Below the pieces are notes generated by a model. The model ran no database searches and was not told the origin of the DNA. It saw only the letters and a list, made by a program, of their open reading frames with translations. Position numbers and translations under genes: made by a program. DNA of 64,000 nt from Paragordius varius. Lineage: Eukaryota > Animalia > Nematomorpha. Every line of letters begins with the position of its first letter. Within the stretch, counting starts at the first letter, position 1. The DNA lies in NCBI GenBank assembly GCA_964247055.1, contig OZ176054.1, positions 6,696,001 to 6,760,000 of the forward strand. The letters run 5' to 3'. Below, in pieces: positions 11,041-25,168 of this stretch.

Positions 11041-12458
11041 ATACCAATTTTCAGTCTAAAAAACATTTTTCAGTCAATCAAAACAATTTCCCAATCAAAC
11101 TAAACGTTTTTCCAGTCAAATGAAACCATTTCCCGGTCAATCGAAAGTTTTCAGTCAAGCAAAATGAGCTTTTATTTTTAATGATAAATATCAAAAGGAA
11201 TAAAAAAATTTTTGACAGTACAATTAATAAATGCATTTTTTGATAAATAAAAATCTGATATTGCGCAATCTGTAAATGATATACTATTTTTTTATAGGTG
11301 TAATCCATTTGCACATCGTACCCCAGATCATTCAAATCTCCTATAAAACACTCATATAAACTCTAAAAATTAATTGGGTGTTTCTAGGCTGAATTTACTC
11401 ATAATTAATATTATTCGGCATAGTTTATCATTTTTTCTAAACTTAGGCATATAATTCTGTTAACTTAAATTTAACATTGCCATAAAAATAAGCTTTTTTT
11501 AAAAAATATTATTTATGGTTAAGGAGTAAGATGAACCAAACAGAAAAGAAATATTAATAGTAGTAGAGATATACCCAATTTATTATTGTAAAGATTTAAA
11601 GGGGGAGACAGACATGTTTATTATGAATATGAAATGTGTGAGGTTAAGTTCGAAGCGTAAAATGTATTCAAAAAATAAAATTTTAACTAAACCAGCAACG
11701 CAGTTAACACTTTCTTACCTTTCCACTATTTTGCCCTAGTATACATTTTGGGAAAGTTTTGTGTACCAGAGCTCAATTTTGTAAATAAACTACTGTAAGT
11801 AAAATTGAAATATTATCAAACATTGTTCTCCTTTATTAGACAAAACGCTTATATTTGTGGCTTATAATGTCTGAAATTGGGACAGCTCCAAAACATGATT
11901 GAAACGAGCAGCTGATATCAAATAAAATTTATCGAGTTTTTGCTGGTAAAATGTGGCCTGAAAGCTTTGTAAATAATGATTTACATTTTATAACCATAAT
12001 ATAAATGTAATTGCCTGTTACATTAGCGTCAAAAATTTATTTAAAATAGCGGCAAAAAAGGTTTAATGAGAATTTTTTTACAATTTTGCACATATTTGAA
12101 AAAAATTGTATAATCCGCCTAAAAAACAAAGAAAGCATTATTTGATTTCAAATTATTAATCGCTCTGGGATTCAAAACTAGCCCAAAAGGTAATGTAAAT
12201 TTAAAAATAAATAACAATGCAGTAATGAGCGTCGAAAGTATTATTTTATTAGTATGTTCATTATGATAAAAAGTTATTTATCTTATTATATTTATCATTA
12301 AAAATAAAAGCGTTTTATTTGATTGGGTAATGTTTCGATTGACTGGGATATCGTTTCTATTTGAGAACACGTTTCGTTTGATTAGAGAAAATATTTAGGG
12401 CTGGGAAATTGTTTCGTTTGATTGGAAAAACGTTCTTTTAGACTCTCGGAAATGGTAT
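11041..12458. mobile_element. Foldback-type non-autonomous DNA element with inverted subterminal repeat arrays
   Basis: Ends are ataccaattt / gaaatggtat. Degenerate ~20-bp units (tttcccaatcaaac-like) at about 11050-11165 are mirrored at about 12315-12445. Confidence 0.65.
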
Positions 12459-12872
12459 ATATATTCATTGATATGTGATTTTGAAATAGTTGGTACTGAT
12501 CAAATATCACTTAATTTTGATTGATTTTCTGAAAAACTCGTCAAACTTTCTCTTTTCCTGAATTTTATTTATATAAAATTTATTTGCAAAGCGGACAGTA
12601 TTGCTTCAATTAAATATCATTAATGTTGTAAGGATTGAATTAAATTTAAGAATTCTTCCCAACCTACAATGTTAATAATTTAATATATGCACTTCCAATG
12701 TCATCAATATTCCCTAATTATAAAAACAAGACAGGTTTTGTGAATGTTTTTGTTGGGTTTAATATAAAAATATATTAATTGGTGCAGTATAAAAATTAGA
12801 GATGAATGTTAGATCTTACGCATGATTTGATCGGAATCATAATCTACAAATATAACTGTACATATGTACCAT

Positions 12873-15414
12873 TTAGGTGTCCAAATATCCCTAAAATAAT
12901 TTTATAAGGATATTATTTCTATGTTTCTTGTCAAATCCTGAAAAATTTAGCATAGAAATTAAATTAAAAATTTACGAGGCATGGAAGCTTGTTCGATTTG
13001 ATTAAGCATAGTGCGGCAATCTAATGGCGGAAATAATAATTCAACATAATATGGGCAAAGCAATGTTGCTCTGTGTAAACAAAATTTTGATAACCTCCGA
13101 ATTTAGTTTAAAATTAAAAATCTAACGACTTTTACTAATAATACTGATTGATATTTTATTTATGCCACAATCCGTATTATACATGGAAAAACAAAATTTG
13201 AGACATGTATTAATCCATTTTGTTGGAATATCCAAAACCTTTCCTACTACCCGAAACATATATATAAGTTGGATAATTGAAGCTTTCAACTATCAAATGT
13301 ATATCTATATTTTTTGTTAACGTGTTTTGAAATAAATACATTCAAAGTTATATATCACCTGTAATGGCTTCGAAAGCGTCTTAATATTAGATAAATTTAC
13401 ACCTTCGTTTCCCGCTTAGAATCTAAATTTTATGTATTTAAAATCAAAAAAAATATAACACCGTTAATCTTCCCAATATGTTTGGTGCTTGAGTCTATAT
13501 TAAAAATTTACCACTTTCCCATGTAGTCAAACCTGCATACTTAATTTTACCATACTTTCCATTAGTGAGAATCTTTGTGTTATCATATTCAAAGTATTAT
13601 TTAAAATAATATGTAGCAATTATATAATTTAAATTAGCTTTTTTCTTTTTGTCTCCTTTTTAACTTTATTTGATAATTGTGTTTTACTTTGATTATATAA
13701 ATTTCCAGTTACATTATACTGATAAATATATGTTTACCTGATCTTGTTTTACACATATTTTTTTATATGATGTCTAATTTTAACATTTATTTGGTGATCA
13801 ATGCTCTAAGCAAGTTACATCTTTTAAATTACATATAAGAGTTTTTTTGGCCAAAATTAAAGAGGTTTGCATAAAAAGCTAACTACTTTCATATTTTACG
13901 TTTAAACGGCTTATAAAATCTTAGTGTAATAAAGAGTTATAATAATTTATTTCCTGGTGGTATAATAAATGCGTTGTAGTACTAAAATGTATCATATATA
14001 ATGGTTTATAAATAGATATTAATTACCTTTTATTTATTAAAAAAATTATTTTAGAATTCAATATAGTACCTCAAAAATGAGCCCATAATTTGTAAAGAAA
14101 TGGTTCATTTTGCGGTAAAAAACTATTGGTCTGTTTTTAATTGGTTGATATTTTATTTTCTGCTCGAATTAACATATAATTGTGATTTGGATCTGTAAAA
14201 CCGCTTATAATTGCAGCCTTTCGCGCTAGGCCAAACTATAAATCTCGCACCGTAAGATTCAGGCTAATGGCTCTTTCCCTCAGGGTTTCAGCAAAAATAG
14301 GTGCCCTAAAATTTAAAATTAACCAAATTAATTTATAATATTTTTGTAAATGTTTGATCAACTTTAGAAAGGTCATTTTTTGTTATTATTATTAAACGGA
14401 AAATTATATAGAAAATTGTATTTCCATAACATATTATTTAAAATTTATTATATATGGTAGAATATTTCGAAATAACCTGTTTTCATATTATAAAATTTAG
14501 ATATATTAAGTTTTCTATACTCATTATGTCGGAGTATGATATTTCTTCATTTTTTTCCCTAAACTTCAATTTTTATTAATTTTTTTATTTTTTGCATAAA
14601 CGAATTTGAGTTATTTTGTTGAAGCGTACCTCAAACTATTTTGAAGCATAATGAAAACGGTGCAACACTTTAAGATATAATAAAACCCTTTTTATAAATA
14701 ATTCAATGATGTTGAACATTACTATAGGTTGAGAATTTTAATTTAAAGGCTTGTTTGCTTGCAAATTTTGGTGAATTTTTGTGAAAAAAACACAATATTT
14801 CTGAGTAAGAAAGTTTAGCATTATAAAATTAGCCGTTTATATCGTTTCCATCGTGCTGGAAATAGTGTGAAGTACGCTTTAACAAAATTTTAATTAAATT
14901 GAAAGTTTGCATTTATAAAATATATTTAGTTGATATCAAAATTTAGCATATATTTAAAATCATTGCAAAATGTCTGAATTTTTGTGTTTTTTTTAAGAGA
15001 ACAGTCCATTTTAAAAGAGCCAAAAAATTTGAGACTTTCTGAGCCCACATCTAACAATTTAAAATTTTTACAAATATTGTTTTGCTTTTTATATGCATTT
15101 TATGTTATATTTTAGTGATGTTTTTTGAAATAAAACATTTAGTTTTCACCAAAAAATATATTTGAAAAAAATTGCGCTTCTTTTGCAATTATACGGAGTA
15201 CTTACCACAAAGTGTAAATAATTTTATTTAATAAAAGGGGTAAAACCAAAAGCACCATGATAATCGTGTTATTTTCCTATCAGGACATATACATATTTTA
15301 TCAGGATATTTTTTGGTGGAAACTGTGTAATATATCACACCAATGGTATAAAAAGCAGGCAAAATATGTTTTAATTTTGTACTGCGTCAAAGTTCAAAAT
15401 ATCTGGTCACATTA
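12873..15414. mobile_element. Possible very old hAT remnant
   Basis: The right end atctggtcacatta and subterminal caggaca/caggata motifs resemble the 2820 element. A possible left end is ttaggtgtccaaatat, and a CFAH (CxxH-like) motif lies on the minus strand at about 13050. No TSD. Confidence 0.35.
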
Positions 15415-18070
15415 ATATATATATATATATATATAGCATATGTGCAAGTGTGCAGTCATGCAAAAATATAACTCACAATTTTCGCTGATGACACATTTAG
15501 TTTTATAAGCTACAATATTATTCTGCAAAAATATCTTTCTTTGAGATAATAAACTTTATAAAATCTATCAAAATCAACACATTATTAAACTAATTTGTTG
15601 AATTGGTTGCGCATATTTCTCGTTACATCTATAATGAAATTAAGATTTATCGTATAGAATCTACAAAACATAAGTGTGTCGCATAAATATTAAATTTATT
15701 TGGTGTTATTGTACAATCAATGATTCTTTTTTGCTAATAAAACTTTAATAATAAAGGCTAGTTAATAATTTGGAAAAAAAGTATTACCCAAAATATAGCA
15801 AAAATCGGTTTTGTTTGATACTTTTACCATTTTTTGACTAATGAGGATATCGAGTGCTTTACAATAAAAATTTAATTATTCGTTACCCAAAAATTTTGCT
15901 ATCGATCCTGAGTCATTTAGTTTTACCATAATTAACAATAAAATCATTAATAATTACTAGGAAAAGTCTGTTTGCTACATTTTAAAACTACGCGTTCATA
16001 TCCTTCTATAAATTAACTATGTATATATAGTTATACTTATCAAAGCGAATTGCCTGAGCATAAATTGTGTCTTTTCGTATGCTAAAATTTTAAATCTAAT
16101 TTACCTTGAGAAAGAACCTTTAAAATGAATATATATTTATAGGAAAATTTATATACAGCAGGGTGTCCAACGTAAATGGCTTGGTGGACTACAATCCGGC
16201 GGGCCGCATTCATAATATTAGGGACGTTAATAAATATTTTATCAGATGCAAAAATAGTAAGACTGTAAAATGCAACACAATATATATTTTTCAGTTCATT
16301 GTTCGTAAAATTTGTTTGAAAAACATCCGTGTTAGTAAGATTTTGTGAGCATATTTCTGCAAATTATGGCTATTCCATATTTTTCGCGGGCCACCCATAA
16401 TGCGGACGGCCGCATGCAGGATCTTGTATCAAAGGGTGCCAACATTTAGAGCTTATTTTCTACCTTTATAAACCAAATTTCACGCAAATAAGGAATTGGG
16501 TTAAAAATTTGAGTTAAACACCATATTACAGAAACAAATGTAAAGAACCAAAAATACCAAACATCTGTAAAAACTTTACAATTGTGAAATGGTTTCATGA
16601 ACCAATCAAAAATTATAGAAAATTTATCATTAATGGCATAACAAATTTAGAAAATCTTAGTTTTTTTTCTAGATAAGTGATATCAGCCTGTTTGTAGAAT
16701 TTTTGCCATTTTTCTTATTTGGTGTTTTCCTATTTATGAAGGTTTAAAAAATCTATCTTATTTTTATGTGAAATTTTACAAATGGTATCAACTGAACCCC
16801 AAATTTTGATAAATTATGTATGTATCTAAATTCCAAATATACCGTATCCATAGATACTAAAAATATTTTATTAATCTTCACACCAATAAAATTACCATTA
16901 TAGATGGCACATATATCGTCAGTGAAATTATAGGTATATTTCCCTATATCGCCTATAAATTACTTGAAAGTGGTTAAACCATTTGCGGATTGCCATTTTA
17001 CCACTATTCAATTATGATTAAATCAACTTTTTCTCATTTTGTCTGTTGTAAATATACAAAGTTTAGGAAACAAAATACCTGCTTGATGTTCCAATACAGA
17101 TTTTGCTGTAAAATATTAGCATAAAATCTAATTTTTAAGCTATGTAAAATGTTTGTAATATATCCAAATAGTATACAAAAGTGCAAAATTATTAATATAA
17201 TTAATAGACAGTTTGGTGTGTCTTGTAAAATTTGAAATCTATATGGTTTAAAATATATGAGAGAACGGGAGATCTGGGGGACTTATAGAAAATAACCGAA
17301 AATGAGATGATATTGAATTGAAGTTAAAAGCTAAAAAACCGGTTAATTTAACAGAATAAATCCTTTTCTATTTTTGCAGGCATAAACCAATATTTATCTA
17401 TTTACAAAATTAATAAACATATAAGAAATAAAAAAGACCTCTTTATTTTCCACTCCGCCAAGATCTGCCACTTAAATATTTATGAAAGGGTGCAGAAAAG
17501 AAGAATTGATTAAACAGATTTTGTCCTTAACATTCAATTTTAACCTAAAATAGGGAAATGTCCAACTCTTTGTGTTAATCCGAGATTAGAAGCTGTGCGT
17601 AAATAGGAAATTTTTGCAAATACCATATCCCTCATAGTTAAATAATCGGTTTGCAAAATATATGTTTATTAACATTCTCCTATAAGTTATGTTTTAATAT
17701 GGATTTAAAGCGAAACATTAAACGGCCAAGGCGCAAGATTCATTTTCAAAATCCACATCAACTTTTGACCACAAATTTTTCTCTAGACTTTTAGAAACTC
17801 GCTAATATAGGTTTTGAAGTTATCCAATTTCTCGAGTCCAAAAATTTAAAAAATGTAATATTTTATTCACTAGGAAACAATGTTTATTAATTAGCCTTTA
17901 ACCTAAACATTCAAAATAGTAGTTAATTTGCAAGTTAAAAATTATGGGTAATAAAACTACCCCAAAATGTAATTGTTTACTAAAAATATAAACTTTATGA
18001 AGTATAACTTAAATAAGCATGTGGTAACACAAAAGACAAAACATACGTTTTTACTACCGCCAACTCTTAA

Positions 18071-19426
18071 CAGTGGCGTACCGAGCATTTGCGGCGCCCG
18101 GGGCATAAAAATTTTATGGCGCCCCCCCCCCCCCCCCCTTTTTTTTAAAAAGCCAATAATACAATTTAGTAAAAAAAATACAAACGTTGTAACCTAATCA
18201 CCATAGATAAGACATCACAGTCATATAAATTTTAAATCTATATATATATATATCTATATCAGGGCTTCTTAAACTATGGGTCGCGTAGCAAAATTATGGG
18301 GTCGCGAGTGATAAAATTAAATTTACAAAAAATGTTTTTTAACTTGTAAAATCTATATGTTTATAAAAATGGAAAATGCGGCTTTGTGTGTTTTCGGAAA
18401 ACCGGTAGACCCATTCATATCCAAATGTCGAAATTATATAATCATTAATGAATGCCCCGACAATAGCTTCGTCTTTTTTTGAATTAGGCCCCCAGTTCGG
18501 GTCCACCCAGTGTAAAAAACGGGTTTTGAAAAATCGGGTCTTTGAGACAATTATCCTGAAAACGTGTTGGACCATTCGATTTCACATATACTTTTTTTAC
18601 TTATTTCAATTGCGCCAAACATAGTCCTCGCTTTTTTAATTTCGGCCCCTTTTTTACCCCCCCCCCCCCCGTAAAATGCCATTTTTTTCAAAAAAATTGT
18701 CCACAAAAATAATTTTTTGAATCTATTTTTCGCCCTAGGTATGAGACCGTTTGGCCCAAGTAAACAATATATTAGTATGAATGCACCGTTTTAAAATTTT
18801 ATGAGATCATAGCTATTAAATAATGTTTCGAAATACTTTTTTATAGCGCCCCCTCCCACCCGGAAGTCCGAAGGACTTCCTCGGGCTGCTTAGCAGCCCG
18901 AGATTTTCGCTAGTTATATATAAAAAAATGTTTTTGTTGCATATATTGAATTGATCTTATGATAATGGCGAACAATAATGATTTAAAAAATAATTGATAT
19001 AGGAGAATTTTACAATACATAAACAGAATTATAATGCATTTTATTTAATAAAATATTAATTATATGATTTTATCACTTGGAAAGTAAAAAAGCAACTAAG
19101 AGAAAAAATATCTTTTATGTAAAAATTTTTCTGGCTTTGGATAATGCAAATTATCAATTATATTATTAAAATCTATCATATTTTTCTTTTTCCACTCTCA
19201 ACAATGTTAAATCATTCTGTTTTATGGTACTAATTAGGTGAATAATATAGAGTATATATTTTAAGGATTATTACCTAATTGCTGAAAAATCTCATTTGAA
19301 AGTTCTTATTATTTTTGCATAATTAAAATTTAATTTTAAAAAATCATTTAGGCGCCCCTAAATAACGGCGCCCGGGGCATGATGCACCCCCTTGCCCCCC
19401 CCCCCCCCCCCCTCGGTACGCCCCTG
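18071..19426. mobile_element. Non-autonomous hAT element with nested insertions
   Basis: TIRs cagtggcgtaccgag / ctcggtacgcccctg. Perfect 8-bp TSD ACTCTTAA at 18063-18070 and 19427-19434. Confidence 0.92.
18352..18913 (+). mobile_element. Non-autonomous Helitron (short copy) nested in the hAT element
   Basis: 5' end A|TCTATATGTTTATAAAAATG, 3' hairpin tcgggctgc-tta-gcagcccga, then CTAG|T. Inserted between A and T with no TSD. Confidence 0.85.
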
Positions 19427-20216
19427 ACTCTTAACATCACAATTATATTGTAAGTAATAGGTTTATTTGATAATGTTTCAGTAAACTTCGTAATTTAATT
19501 TATTTATTCATAAATCTTAATGCATACCAAAGCTTGCCGTATTAAATTTCAAGGTGTCTCCATCAGTAATTTCTGATATATAATAGAATAATAATTAATT
19601 TACCATATTTTATGGAATAGACATGATTCATTTTGAGTATTAGAAAAACTAATAGAGTATAAAAATACATTTTGTTGAAAAAATTATTGAAATTATAAAT
19701 ATGTAAAATTATAATATTCATTTCTATTTTTAGCGTAAGTTTGAGTACAGCGGTTATCACAATTCGACTGTTTATTATTATATATTAAGTACATTCTATC
19801 AAATAATAACCATGATTATTAAACAAATATTTTAAATTTATTAGTCGTTTGAAAAGAAAATATATATACAAAAGCAAAATATCTAACACAAATTGTAAAA
19901 ACATAATATAAATTTTTTTTTAAATATTAACATGGTAAAAACTTGCGTTTTTATAGTTAGAAATGATTTATGTTAAACGCATAGAGATAGATAATGCCTA
20001 TTAGATTTTATTTGTGTTGTTAGATTTGGTTTTGATGTTTTACCATTACTGCCTTCAAGATGAGAACCTGTAGTTGATAAATGCCTTGATATTTATTTGC
20101 CAGGATGTATAAGTACTTGATGTTTAAAAAAATAGGTATTATTCGAATTCTCTCTCTTAATTGGTGCCGTTATTTTTCAAATAAATTTTGCTTTCAAAGA
20201 ATCAGGAACTTTACTC

Positions 20217-23200
20217 AATATATATACTATATCCATCAATACATGAAATATAGAATGCAAAGAAACATCACCTAGCCAATCAAGTCTATTCCTTATTTAA
20301 TAACACTAGACAACAAATTTTAACTTTTTTTAACTGCCATTCTTGTAAATTTAAAATTTATTTCATTAAAGTACATAATTAATATATCTGAAAAGAAAAT
20401 TGGTCTAGCATGGAAGAATTTTTTTATATTAGAGTTTATCGATAATTTTTGGCCCCGATTTAACATTAAACTCGAAATTTCGAAATTTAAAAGTTTTAGA
20501 TATGAAGCCAAGTATTTTATATCATTCGAAAGAGCGCAAAAAACTGCATCTTTTAAATGGTAGTAAGTCATTTAAATCAATCGGATGTAAAAGTTATTTG
20601 GATTTAAATGGTCGAAATTTTCAATCCTTAAATAAGTAAATAATTTTCACAGACAAACTAATTTGAAAATCATATAAATTATTTTAATATAATTATTAGG
20701 GTTATATTAGTATTTAATTTTAAAAAAATGTTTGAAAAAGCTTTTGGCTTGCTTTTTTAATAAAAAATATTATTATCATAAATATTTTACCTAGTGGATA
20801 CTAAAATGCATAGTTATAACTGTAAATTTATTCCATAATGGCTATAAAAGAATAAAAATACCTTAACTTTGTTTTTATCTTTAAAATTTCGAAATTATCA
20901 GCATTATAAAGAAAATAAATTAATATTGATGAGATGGTAGTTTTTAAAAAACGAAAAAATTAAAAATAGCTGTTTTGAGTGACATAAAAGCAAAAAAAAA
21001 TGTTTTAATCAAAAAAACTTTCTTGTGTTATCTTTTTTGGACATTCATCACCATCTAAACAAAGTTTGAGCTATTTTCATCCATTAGTTTTAAATATATA
21101 ATAATTAAAAAAAAATGCTCTCGCTTCGCGCGTTTGTCGCTCTTTCTGTCCAATATTAAGTGTCGATGTAATACATATTAGTATGCATTTTATAGAGTTT
21201 TTATTACTCTTTCGAATGATATATTACAAATGGGCATTACTTGTATATTTTCATAAAAAAACATTTTTTAGTAAAATTTTGATAAAGAGGGCGCATAATC
21301 AAAAAAATCAAATTATACAAAATTCTTCCAACGAGTTATAATTTTTTTTTCAGATTTACTGTTAAAATGATACTAAATATTAGAAAATGCAAAAAACTCG
21401 AGTGGCAGAAAAATTTGTTGTCTAGTGTAACTTATGGTAAAACAGAGTCAATTTTACCGAATGACAAAGGATATAGGTGTAGCTACGATTGATTAAATAA
21501 AACGATTAAAATCAGCTTGTGAAACACAGATGAAAGGCGATGAGGGAACCAAGCTGTGAGATGAATTGTTTATTTGGCTCAGCAAACCCTAAAGTAGAGA
21601 GAGAACAAAGCAGATACCCTATTGGGAAATATGATGGTATTTCAGTAAGGCTTTGTGGTCGGTATATTTAATATATAAAAAACACAGATTTTTCGAGAAT
21701 ATATATGACTGCTTTAGCCCCTCATTTCGAGGAATTTCCTTTTTCCGTACAGGTGTTCAGGGGAAATTGGGCGCCTTCCATGCGGGGTTTTATGAAATAA
21801 AATGGTCTCTTGCGCTTTGCTTTAGGCATCTGTTTTAATAAACAAGCAATATCGTTTTTAAGCATTAGTACCTAGGGTCTGGTCAATAGTTTCTAAATAA
21901 TTTATTCTATGCCCGTGTTTACCGTCAAAATAATTTTTATAGCATCTTGGGACACATTGCCTGATCCCAAACGGTTAGCCTTTTTGGGACGAAAAGAGAT
22001 ATTAATAGCATTAGTTATACTCAATCACTAAAGTGGATATATATGTAATAGAATCAACTATGAGAAGTATTATAAGTGCAAAAAATTGGCCGACCTGTTA
22101 TCCAGATTGGCCTTCGCATTTTAAATTCTTATACAAGCATGTGATTTCAATTTCCTTATCAAATAGTAACTGACGATGCCAGGTGCTTAAACAAAAAGAT
22201 TCGAGCCGATGTTACTAAAATTAAAAAGGCACATCCGCGTCACATATAAACCAAAAACCAACGGGTTGGTAGAAGGAGTAAGACAAACTTTGAAAACTAA
22301 ACAGAAATCACCATAGTTAAATCATGCATATAAAGCTACGAACGGCGTTTTATAATGCTACAGATGCGCTTTGTATCCAAAAGATCAAGTTTTCAGCTCT
22401 ATCTAGTGGTTAAAGTCGAACCCGGCCAAATTTATAAAACCTTAATTAGAACGTCGCCGATTTCAGCCCAATCAACATATCTACTTATGAAGATAGATAG
22501 AGTCAGCCGAACACAGGTGGATCAGCTTCAAGAAAAATTATAACATATACGGATACTGATATGGCTCTCGGAGTTGTGACATACTTCATAGCCAATATCT
22601 GCAGCTGAATTCCAAAACATTACAATCTACAATCGACACCACCCTCACCCCAGAAACGATTACTCCGGTAAATCAATGTGCATTATTTCTTCTTTTCTAA
22701 AGAGCAAATAATAACAAAATACTTGCGCCTAAAAATTCTAACACATTTTTAACTATAATAATTATATTTCAGGATATGTTCTACGGGTATCATAGTAATG
22801 ATCAGTGAGTATTTCAATATATTTGAGATTTCTAATTCGTTTTAACAAATGGAATTTATCAGGAAATATTTATCATCAATGATTACAAAACACAATTAAC
22901 GCGAGAATCGTAAAATATAATTAGCCGATGTAGTGTGTTACTTTCCCTTAGAAAGTTACCAAAACTATAATGTTCGTAAAGTTAGAAATTAATAAAAGAC
23001 ACTTTTGGGTAGAGATCTTAATCCCAAGATTAACTTGCCACACCATAAACGTGAAATAATTATATATTTGTAACATATAAAAGTAAATAGGTTATTTTGG
23101 ATTGGATACTTGTTGGAAATAAGAATGACTAATGAAAAAGATTATATTAAAAATAAGCTCATTCGTTACGAGCAATCACCTTTATTATCATCAAAATAGG

Positions 23201-23785
23201 AATTGCGATTTCAAATAATTTTCAAGGTGACGATAATCTACCCAATTCGTAAAAACACAAAAGTGTAATTATATAAGTGTGGTATCATTACTACTTAATC
23301 CCGACAGTTCCGCTTCTGTTATTATTTTCCGCGTTTAAATTTTTTAAACAACTTTAAAAACAGATTAGATATTTCATCCAAGCTAAAAGCAAATTAAATT
23401 TCCGATCCGATGTATTTCAATGTCATCAGATTATTTTTGTCCACACAATCGACCAGGGTTTCTGCAAACTTATAACCATTCATAGTGTAAGTTTGAGCTG
23501 TTTTTACCAATAAAAGTAAAGACATAATAATTTTAAATTTATATAAAGATAATTTAATCCCACTCACAAGATATATAATTAATTGCCTTTAGAATTCGAC
23601 AGATTTATATGTTAAACCAAACCACGATAGCCGATCATTTAATTAACTCGTTTTATTAACTATCTTTAATCATTTCAAAATAAGTTACCATTTTCAAATT
23701 TATTAACACTCGAACTATATAATATCTACGTATAACTTTGATCGATTAATTGCCAATTCACCTGATATCTTCATTCAACATACAC
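20217..23785 (+). mobile_element. Decayed Gypsy-like fragment (copy 2), interrupted by a CACTA-ended MITE
   Basis: 20217-20303 matches 1-97, and 21428-23785 matches about 98-2125 with an unmatched stretch at about 22680-23160. PKTNGLVEGVRQTLK lies at about 22255. Confidence 0.75.
20304..21427 (+). mobile_element. CACTA-ended (CMC/EnSpm-like) MITE, 1124 bp
   Basis: TIR cactagacaacaaatttt / aaaatttgttgtctagtg with a 3-bp TAA TSD. The empty site is visible in the paralogous block at about 85-105 (ttatttaatagcttatgg). Confidence 0.9.
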
Positions 23786-23869
23786 TTGAGGAATATATGT
23801 TATTTTTTAAAAAAAGTTGATGTTCTATGAAAAGGATAACAAACGTAGATATTTGTTAACAATTAATAA

Positions 23870-24933
23870 GATAGATGCAAATTTTTCTGCCACTCGAGTT
23901 TTTTTTTAGTATCATTTTAACAGTAAATCTGAAATAAAAATTATAACTCGATGGAAGAATTTTGTATAATTTGATTTTTTTGATTATGCGCCCTCTTTAT
24001 CAAAATTTTACTAAAAAATGTTTTTATTTGAAAATATACAAGTAATGCCCATTTGTAATATATCATTCGAAAGAGTAATAAACACTCTATAAAATATATA
24101 CTAATATGTATTACATCGACCGTTAATATTGGACACAAAGAGCGACAAACGCGCAAAGCGAGAGCATTTTTTTAATTACTATATTTTTAAAACTAATGGA
24201 TGAAAATAGCTCAAACTTTGTTTAGATGGTGATGAATGTCCAAAAAAGATAACACAAGAAAGTTTTTTTGATTAAAACATTTTTTGTTGCTTTTATGTCA
24301 CTCATTTTGTTTTTTAAAAATTACCATCTCAATATTAATTTATTTTCTTTACGAGGCTGATAATTTCGAAATTTAAGGTATTTTTGATCTTTTATAGCCA
24401 TTATGTAATAAATTTACAGTTATAACTATGCATTTTAGTATCTACTAGGTAAAATATTTATGATAATAATATTTATTAAAAAAGCAAACCAAAAAAAGCT
24501 TTTTCAAACATTTTTTTTAAATTAAATACTAATATAACCCTAATAATTATATTAAAATAATTTATATGATTTTCAAATTAGTTTGTCTGTGAAAATTCTT
24601 GACTTATTTAAGGATTAAAAATTTTGCCATTTAAATTTAAATAACTTTTACATCCGATTGATTTAAATGACTTACTACCATTTAAAAGATGCAGTTTTTT
24701 GCGCTCTTTCGAATAATACAAAATACATGGCTTCATATCTAAAACTTAATTTTCGAAATTTCGAGTTTAATGTTAAATCGGGGCCAAAAATTATCGATAA
24801 ACTATAATATAAAAAAAATTCTTGCATGCTAGACAAATTTTCTTTTCGGATATACTATTTATGTACTTTAATGAATTAAATTTTAAATTTACAAGAATGG
24901 CAGTTAAAAAAAGTTAAAATTTGTTGTCTATTG
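23870..24933 (-). mobile_element. Second copy of the CACTA-ended MITE, inverted
   Basis: The reverse complement is colinear and highly similar to 20304-21427. Ends are slightly degenerate (ttgttgtctattg) and flanked by TAA on both sides. Confidence 0.9.
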
Positions 24934-25168
24934 TAATTAATTAGGATTATTAGCACTCAAATGGTCCAAAATCATTACATGTTTAGGGACCAACTTGCAT
25001 TGAGTTATGATTAATCTTAAATTTTAAAAACCAACTTGAAAGGAACCGATTTGCTTCAAGATTTAAAAGGTAAAGGCAATAAAAGTAAGTTTGGAATTTA
25101 ATAATTAATATATATATTAAGATTTTAAATTTGGCTAATGAAAAAACAAACAGTTTATACAAGATAAA

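Noticed and set aside
8400-11100. Viral genome termini or other viral genes around the EVE
   Set aside because: No ACACAAAG/CTTTGTGT termini, RdRp motifs or glycoprotein-like ORF were found by eye.
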